The notes below the pieces were generated by a model that was given only the letters and a program-made list of their open reading frames with translations, had not been told where the DNA came from and ran no database searches. A stretch of DNA of 64,000 nucleotides, taken from positions 1 to 64,000 of the forward strand of contig JBBRUX010000014.1 in NCBI GenBank assembly GCA_038247415.1, read 5' to 3'. The position numbers and the translations under genes were made by a program. Of this stretch, positions 57,688 through 64,000 are shown in pieces (the first letter of the stretch is position 1; every line of letters starts with the position of its first letter). The stretch comes from Chitinivibrionales bacterium. Its GTDB lineage: Bacteria > Fibrobacterota > Chitinivibrionia > Chitinivibrionales > WJKA01.

Positions 57688-59206
57688 GCCCGTCGGCTTC
57701 CTGATTGCCATTGCAGCAGTAACGCTTGTTCGCTGCTCCAATACTACAAATGTTGCGGGGAATAGCAGCTCCGAAACAACCAATGGCGTTACCGCCGCAA
57801 TTGTCTATTCCAACGGAACCCCTGCAGCTCATGCTGTCGTGCGAGTACGAGCGAGCGACTACCTTGCCGATACAACTGTAGCTCTTGCTAAAAGCCTTAC
57901 AATGAGCGATGATATTCTCACTGATGATTTTGGTCGCTTTAAGATCGATTCTCTTGACACCGGTAAATATCTGATCGAGGCGGTTGATGCATATGGTAAT
58001 GCCGTTGCGATTCCATTCACAGTTATCAAAGATTCTTTGGTCAACCTCGGTAATCGGACCCTTTCGCCGATGGGGACGATTGCAGGATCGGCGGGTGGGC
58101 CTTTTGTGAAAGCAGTAGTGCGCGTACGTGGACTCGAACGCGGTGTGCGGCTTGATCGGGATGGACGATTTGCAGTTACGGTTCCTTCGGGTCAATCATA
58201 CATCGTCAACTTTTCCACACAAGATTCATCAGCCGACCTGACCCCTACGCAGCCCATTGCGTCATCGCAATCGGTGGTTGTCAACGCAGACTTCGGCCAT
58301 TACCGGACCGATTCGCTGGCAGTGCGGGCGTTTCTTGATAGTTCGGGATTACAAGCGGTGAGGGTCGATTCGGTAACGGTTGTGAGTTCACCGGTACGCC
58401 GGATCACTGCACTGCACCTGACGGATCGGAATCTGTACGTTCTCCATCAGTCCATTGGGTCGCTCGTATTCCTTAATGAGCTAAGGCTCAGCGGCAATAA
58501 GCTCACCGATCTTCCCGCAACGCTTGCGCGCCTCTCTCATCTGTATCATTTGTATATCGATAGTTTACCGATGACACGGCTGCCGGATTGCGTGGCGCAG
58601 ATTCGTTCGCTTACGCTTCTTGACATTAATAATACGCAGATTACTACGCTGCCAACCTCTCTGAGTGCGTGCACGTCGCTCAACGTCATCTCGATGCGCG
58701 GTACCGGGGCCACGGAGTTTCCGATGGTCGTCGTGTCGATGTCGTGGATGTCCACGCTTAATATCAGTGAGAATCCAATAAGCACGATACCCTCTGGAAT
58801 CGGCGCATGCACCTCTTTGCAGCATATAGAGTTTCACGATACCCAGATCGACTCTCTGCCTGCATCTATCGGGACGCTTCGAAATCTGCGTAGCATATTT
58901 GCTTATCGAAGCCGCCTAACCACTCTCCCTGCATCAATCGGTATGCTGAGTGCCCTGGAAATAGTGGGAGTTGGTAGCTGCGTTCTAAACTCGCTTCCAC
59001 CCGAACTTGGGGACTGCGCGGCACTCAAGATATTGAATTTGGATAACAATGCGCTGGATTCGCTTCCGGCCAAGATCACCAATCTTACAGCTCTTACGAG
59101 CTTGACAATCGCCGGAAACCATCTCTGCACGCTTCCGACGGCCATCGCTGCCTGGGCCGATACGTATGCAGAACCATCGTGGCGAACAAATCAAACATGC
59201 CCCTAG
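57674..59206 (+). CDS. Lipoprotein with carboxypeptidase-regulatory-like domains and leucine-rich repeats
   Basis: Lipobox LVRC; AGNSSSETTNG; TDDFGRF; about 10 LRRs (LxxLxLxxNxLxxLP); overlaps the TIGR02147 stop. Confidence 0.8.
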   Translation: MKCCKPVGFLIAIAAVTLVRCSNTTNVAGNSSSETTNGVTAAIVYSNGTPAAHAVVRVRASDYLADTTVALAKSLTMSDDILTDDFGRFKIDSLDTGKYLIEAVDAYGNAVAIPFTVIKDSLVNLGNRTLSPMGTIAGSAGGPFVKAVVRVRGLERGVRLDRDGRFAVTVPSGQSYIVNFSTQDSSADLTPTQPIASSQSVVVNADFGHYRTDSLAVRAFLDSSGLQAVRVDSVTVVSSPVRRITALHLTDRNLYVLHQSIGSLVFLNELRLSGNKLTDLPATLARLSHLYHLYIDSLPMTRLPDCVAQIRSLTLLDINNTQITTLPTSLSACTSLNVISMRGTGATEFPMVVVSMSWMSTLNISENPISTIPSGIGACTSLQHIEFHDTQIDSLPASIGTLRNLRSIFAYRSRLTTLPASIGMLSALEIVGVGSCVLNSLPPELGDCAALKILNLDNNALDSLPAKITNLTALTSLTIAGNHLCTLPTAIAAWADTYAEPSWRTNQTCP

Positions 59207-59347
59207 AAGGAGAGTATCTCGTATGATTTCATTGCATTGCGGTTCTGCGCCTTAGCGCCAGCAAAAAAAAACAAATTCCTAAAACTATTCGTTTCAACAT
59301 GCGCAAAAAAGCGCCCTTAATATCATTTTGTCCAAAGGAGAAGCAGT

Positions 59348-61159
59348 ATGAAAAACGTTCCTCAACTAACGACACTATTGACGCGAAGGATTTCGCTGAC
59401 AATCATGGCGCTAAGTTTTGTTCTGGTTGGCGCTTGGACATCAGTTGGCGCGGCACGCTTCGGAATCAACCTCGGTGGACTGTCGCCCTACGCAACCGAA
59501 TTCGTCTATAAAGATCTTGTCAAGACGATGGGAGCGCAGCGAAAGGGCACGGGATTTACAGAAGAACAGTTTGATACCAATGGGTATCCGAAATTCCTGA
59601 ATGCTGGTCAATCAATCGAACTTTACTTTGGAGATGGAACGGGGCAGATATGGCCCGTTGGCGATTATCACGTTTTTTATGATGGTGAAGGGACCGTATC
59701 AGAAAAAACCGGTTCTGCAATACTTAAACAAACGGTAAGTCCAGGTCATCAGATCTGGACGGTTATTCATGGGTCAGCCGATGGATTGAAATTTTCTATC
59801 GATGCAACCACCTCTTCAAACTACCTCAAAAATTTGAGGATCATACTTCCAGGCTTCGAGAACAATTATCAGGCTGATCCAATCCATCCAAGCTTCAAAC
59901 AGCTATGGTCGGGTGTCTCAGCCTTCAGATTCATGGACTGGATGGGGACAAATGGCTCCACCGCCACTCGTTGGAATCAGATCCCCTCGGCGGGCTATCT
60001 TGCGCTTGGCTATAACGGCATGTGGGGAGGTCAAACTTTTTCCTCGGATCGATACAACGGCTCACCTGAGCTGGCTGTTCAAGTGTGTAACGCTATGAAC
60101 GCCGATATGTGGATCTGCATGCCGGCACATGCTTCGGACGATTGCATCCAGCATCTGGCGCAACTCGTCAAAAATAACCTGAACGGGAATCTCAAGGTCT
60201 ACATCGAGTATTCGAATGAATGCTGGAACTGGATTTTTGAGCAGACTGGCTATTGCCGCGACCAGGGGGTTGAGTTGGGGTTGACCACAGGTGGAGCGCT
60301 TGAATACTACGTCTACCGTAGCGGACAGATGTTCAAGATCTGGGAAGACGTCTGGGGAACTTCCAAGTCTCGCGTAGTTAATGTTTTCGCTTGGCAGACT
60401 ACAACCTCCAATCCCGAAACATGGATCAATACGGCAATCAACACCTGGTACAAGAACAATCCCAAATACAATCCAGCCGGCGCTTTACCGGAGTTCTATG
60501 CAAATGCTCCCTACATTTGGGACAAAGATCAAACGGCTTCGAGCGTCGATCAACTTTTCGCGGGAATCAACGATGACATGAGTGTCGATTTCAACATCAT
60601 GAGCTCCCAGAAAAGCTTCGCGGATGACAACGGGCTTGAGTATGGATGCTACGAGGCAGGGCAGCATTATAGTTCGTACGGCCAGAATGAGGCTCTTGAC
60701 AATAGCGTATTCATTCCCGCCAACCGTGACATGCGGATGAAAACGGCGTATGAGGCCTATCTGGGCTATTGGAAGAACACCATCGGCGCGGGGTTGATGA
60801 TGCTTTACTCTTCTTGTGGCACCTACAGCAAATACGGTTCGTGGGGCATTCTTGAGAGATACAACCAGGACATCACCACTTCGCCAAAGTATATGGCTGT
60901 CAAAGGCATTATGAACCTTGGCCAATCCACCACAGTTCGACCAGTCCTTCCCAACAACTCTAAATCCGCCGGCTTTGGCAAGCCATCCAACCTACAAGCA
61001 AGCGCACGTGCGGGGATAATGGTTGACATACAAGGTCGATCTGTCAGTTTTGCACAAGGAAGCCAAAGCTCTGGACCCGGCGTGATTATCACTAAATTGA
61101 CAGGAAATAACAATTCGACAAAATGCATTCTGGTTTCAAAAAAGAACTTTTCACGTTAA
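59348..61159 (+). CDS. Secreted putative glycoside hydrolase (clan GH-A-like, family not assigned)
   Basis: Signal peptide; FRFMDW, DMWICMP, KVYIEYSNECWN, CYEAGQH; C-terminal MVDIQGR tail. Confidence 0.65.
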   Translation: MKNVPQLTTLLTRRISLTIMALSFVLVGAWTSVGAARFGINLGGLSPYATEFVYKDLVKTMGAQRKGTGFTEEQFDTNGYPKFLNAGQSIELYFGDGTGQIWPVGDYHVFYDGEGTVSEKTGSAILKQTVSPGHQIWTVIHGSADGLKFSIDATTSSNYLKNLRIILPGFENNYQADPIHPSFKQLWSGVSAFRFMDWMGTNGSTATRWNQIPSAGYLALGYNGMWGGQTFSSDRYNGSPELAVQVCNAMNADMWICMPAHASDDCIQHLAQLVKNNLNGNLKVYIEYSNECWNWIFEQTGYCRDQGVELGLTTGGALEYYVYRSGQMFKIWEDVWGTSKSRVVNVFAWQTTTSNPETWINTAINTWYKNNPKYNPAGALPEFYANAPYIWDKDQTASSVDQLFAGINDDMSVDFNIMSSQKSFADDNGLEYGCYEAGQHYSSYGQNEALDNSVFIPANRDMRMKTAYEAYLGYWKNTIGAGLMMLYSSCGTYSKYGSWGILERYNQDITTSPKYMAVKGIMNLGQSTTVRPVLPNNSKSAGFGKPSNLQASARAGIMVDIQGRSVSFAQGSQSSGPGVIITKLTGNNNSTKCILVSKKNFSR

Positions 61160-61184
61160 AACAAGTATTCAATGGGAGGTATCC

Positions 61185-63563
61185 ATGAAAGACACATGCA
61201 AATATATGTCAATACATCTATCCGGTCGGAAGTGGGAATTTCCCTCTTTTGCAGTGTTCCTGCTTATTACGCTGTGTGCTCTGCCAAGCAACGTCCATGG
61301 GCAAATGAATGTCGGCTTTAACTTCTGGAGTCTTGACTGGGGATCATCTTCGGCAGGTGATCCGAAGTATAACTACTTTGCTCACAATGTCAATTGGACA
61401 ACCACGACCAATCCCTGGAACCCTACCTTCATCGCCGAAATCCAACAAGCCCAGGCCAAATGCCTTCGATTCATGGACTGGGGGGTGACCAACAGCAGCA
61501 CCGTCGCTTCATGGAGCCAGCGAATCGCCAAAACGGCCAATCATTACACCGGCGCAACGCTGCCCCAGACTGGCGGTGGCCAATCGGGCGTCGCCTACGA
61601 ATGGATGATTGACCTGTGCAATCGTGTGAATGCGGATCTGTGGGTTTGTGTTCCCCATATGACAGATGCAAATTATTCCAACCAACTCGCCACCTTGATC
61701 AAGAATAACCTCAACGCTAACCTGAAGGTGTATGTTGAGTACTCAAATGAATGCTGGAATGATGGTTTCAATCAAACGGGCTGGCTGGATGCCCAGAGAA
61801 ATATCAATGGGCTCGCCAATCCGCTCAAATGGAATGGCAAAAATATTTATGGTTTTGGTAACGGTGGAGATTGCCGATGGTCGGAATATGTGTACTTTGC
61901 TTGCAAAACGATGAATGAGTTCAATAAGGTCTTTGGTGATAATAGCTCGCGAGTTGTTAAGGTGTTATCTGGGCAGGCCGGATGGGGCGGCGGCGGCAGC
62001 ACCAATGACATGTGCGAATACCACATGGCTTGCTCTCAAAGTCCGATATGCAATCCGTGGGGAGTCAAGATAGATGCGTATGCAATAGCGCCTTATTGGA
62101 ACGCAAGCGAGCATACGCCCCTGGGCACCGAAGCATCGATGCGGGCAAGTCTTGCTGATTGCGTTCATTTCCTGGACAACACGCAAACTGCGTTGACAGG
62201 TTCGGGTATTCCCCTTATTTGCTATGAAGGGGGACCGGATAATTTCAGTATTGAAAGTATCTCCAACAGCCCTTTTCAGGAACAGCTCACCCTCGATGCG
62301 CTGAATGCATTTCAGGCGAAAGTCCAGGGCATATTTATCTGGTACACTCTTATCGGGCAAGTGTGGGGGCTTAAGGTGCAAGTCGGTGATGATCCTTCGG
62401 TATCGCCAAAGTGGCGCGGGTACATGACTTGGTTGAATACGTCAAGTACGTCACCTGCGTCAATTACAGTTGAGCCATCCAACGATTCAATTTTCCCCGG
62501 CTCAACTGCCTCCTTCTCGGTCTCTGCTATCGGGACAACGCCCGTTTCGTATCAATGGAGAAAAAATGGTGTGGTCATCGCCGGTGATACAGCGTCAACA
62601 CTCACTTTGTTTAATGTGCAAGCAATAGACAACAATGCGAAGTATAGCGTTATTGTCAAGAATGCATTTGGAGCGGATACGAGTAGGGACGCAATTCTTA
62701 TTGTCAAAGCCTTTGATGGGTTGCAGATCCAAAAGACCTCGGGTGCGCCAGTTATGGACGGAAGCGAGAGTGCACAGTGGCAAGGCGTTGCACCACAGTC
62801 TGTTGCACACGCATTGGCAGGCGCTCCTAGCAGCGCTGCGGACTTTTCGGTTCAGTTCAAGGCACTGTGGGATGCATCCAATCTCTATGTCTTTGTCAAG
62901 ATTTCCGATGGCATCGCCTATAATTCGGCAACGGTGGCATATCAAAATGATGGCATGGAAATTTATGTTGATGGCGATAACAGTAAGGGATCATCCTATG
63001 ACGCCAACGATATTCAGTATCGCATCGTACGTGGCAAGGTCGCGCTTGAGGCATCGGATCCCAGCAAGACCACGGGTGTTGTGGTGGTTCAGAAAGAAAT
63101 TGCTGGAGGGTATAGCGCAGCCTTCACCATTCCCTGGACAACGATCGGGACCACCGCTGTTGCATCAAAGCTGATGGGTCTTGAAGTTCACGCTTTTGAC
63201 AATGACGGCACGCCTGAGCGCAAAACGGTTCTTGCATGGGCAGGAACAACCGACAACGCGTGGAATACGCCTTCTGCATTCGGCACGGCAAAGCTCTCCG
63301 ATGCTACTACCCGGGTGATGCATTCAAATATATCCTCGGTGAGTACCTTGACGCAATCGTATCTTCTCGCGTCACTGAGAAATGGAGTTGTCAGAGACGA
63401 CAGAATTCGGTCGATGGCTCTGTATGATATGAGTGGACGTTTGATGTGGCAAAGTTCACAAACCCACACGAGTTCTATGCCATATCTGAATAAAGGCATT
63501 TTTCTTTGCAGGGTAATCCAATCTAATGGTGTTTCAAATGCTTTTAACTTTGTCAATAAATGA
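61185..63563 (+). CDS. Secreted putative glycoside hydrolase with Ig-like and CBM9-like domains and T9SS-type tail
   Basis: LRFMDW, DLWVCVP, KVYVEYSNECWN, CYEGG; Ig SYQWRKNG; CBM9-like KALWDASNLY, DGMEIYVDGDN, FTIPW; tail LYDMSGR. Confidence 0.7.
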   Translation: MKDTCKYMSIHLSGRKWEFPSFAVFLLITLCALPSNVHGQMNVGFNFWSLDWGSSSAGDPKYNYFAHNVNWTTTTNPWNPTFIAEIQQAQAKCLRFMDWGVTNSSTVASWSQRIAKTANHYTGATLPQTGGGQSGVAYEWMIDLCNRVNADLWVCVPHMTDANYSNQLATLIKNNLNANLKVYVEYSNECWNDGFNQTGWLDAQRNINGLANPLKWNGKNIYGFGNGGDCRWSEYVYFACKTMNEFNKVFGDNSSRVVKVLSGQAGWGGGGSTNDMCEYHMACSQSPICNPWGVKIDAYAIAPYWNASEHTPLGTEASMRASLADCVHFLDNTQTALTGSGIPLICYEGGPDNFSIESISNSPFQEQLTLDALNAFQAKVQGIFIWYTLIGQVWGLKVQVGDDPSVSPKWRGYMTWLNTSSTSPASITVEPSNDSIFPGSTASFSVSAIGTTPVSYQWRKNGVVIAGDTASTLTLFNVQAIDNNAKYSVIVKNAFGADTSRDAILIVKAFDGLQIQKTSGAPVMDGSESAQWQGVAPQSVAHALAGAPSSAADFSVQFKALWDASNLYVFVKISDGIAYNSATVAYQNDGMEIYVDGDNSKGSSYDANDIQYRIVRGKVALEASDPSKTTGVVVVQKEIAGGYSAAFTIPWTTIGTTAVASKLMGLEVHAFDNDGTPERKTVLAWAGTTDNAWNTPSAFGTAKLSDATTRVMHSNISSVSTLTQSYLLASLRNGVVRDDRIRSMALYDMSGRLMWQSSQTHTSSMPYLNKGIFLCRVIQSNGVSNAFNFVNK

Positions 63564-63597
63564 TGAGTTTACAGACTCACTTTTAATGGGAAAACAA

Positions 63598-64000
63598 ATG
63601 CGCATATGTCTTATGGTTCTTATGACCGTAGTATCCCTTTCGTATTCTGCAACCATCACTTCCTACGGCCTGGGCAATAGCCTCATGGACGAATTCGATG
63701 GTATTCCAACCCTTGCTGCGAGCAAAGGAGACGTGTGCAATCATGGCCGGTACACCATCCCCGGGTGCGGCATGAAGTGCCTCTGGGATTTGATTCCTGG
63801 TTTACCTCCCGGATTCTCGTCAAAGCGTCTCGATTGCGTGCTTACCGAGGCATTTTGCAATGGCGACGAGCTCAATATCGACGGTGACTCGAAGTACATG
63901 GGCTATTACTACGATGCATCCTTGGCCGTCAATCCCAATTGTCGCCTTCTTGTATTCACGCAATGGATGTCAAAGGATTGGGGTTCCTGGAGTGTTTGGG
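63598..64000 (+). CDS. Secreted SGNH-hydrolase-like protein (truncated by window end)
   Basis: Manual translation MRICLMVLMTVVSLSYSATITSYGLGNSLMD...TIPGCGM...; open to the window edge; GNSL block-I-like motif. Confidence 0.55.
   Translation, partial: MRICLMVLMTVVSLSYSATITSYGLGNSLMDEFDGIPTLAASKGDVCNHGRYTIPGCGMKCLWDLIPGLPPGFSSKRLDCVLTEAFCNGDELNIDGDSKYMGYYYDASLAVNPNCRLLVFTQWMSKDWGSWSVW

Overview
Bacterial chromosomal window with no rRNA, tRNA, CRISPR array or intact mobile element that I can support. It is probably from Fibrobacterota (Chitinivibrionia-like); this is inferred from a TIGR02147-family gene and many secreted proteins with T9SS-type C-terminal tails. From left to right it holds: a decayed PIN toxin next to a repeat-flanked microsatellite; glycan-active genes (GH78, GH127-like, CBM6-like, pectate-lyase-3-fold); gnd, a lone crtI-family desaturase, a diguanylate cyclase coupled to aroE, and an orphan moxR; a housekeeping run (STAS, manA, holB, ricT/yaaT, metG, recJ, argH, propeller, ino1, malQ); and a transglutaminase-TPR plus GT-C-like pair. 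An accessory region from about 36.6 kb follows. It contains eroded pseudogenes, a porin + free Cache protein + MCP operon preceded by a 12-codon upstream ORF, and a ~12.6 kb copper/silver island (Tat Rieske, Met-rich YncE, two YHS/TRASH-like proteins, two metal-motif outer-membrane proteins, a Cys-rich leader-like ORF, cusCBA) with no regulator gene. Beyond a Fic scar lies a TIGR02147 + LRR-lipoprotein pair with a perfect 20-bp palindrome upstream, followed by two paralogous putative glycoside hydrolases and a partial SGNH-like gene. The most interesting candidates are the TIGR02147 module, the porin-Cache-MCP module and the copper island with its leader ORF. All family calls come from motif recognition by eye; no database searches were run.
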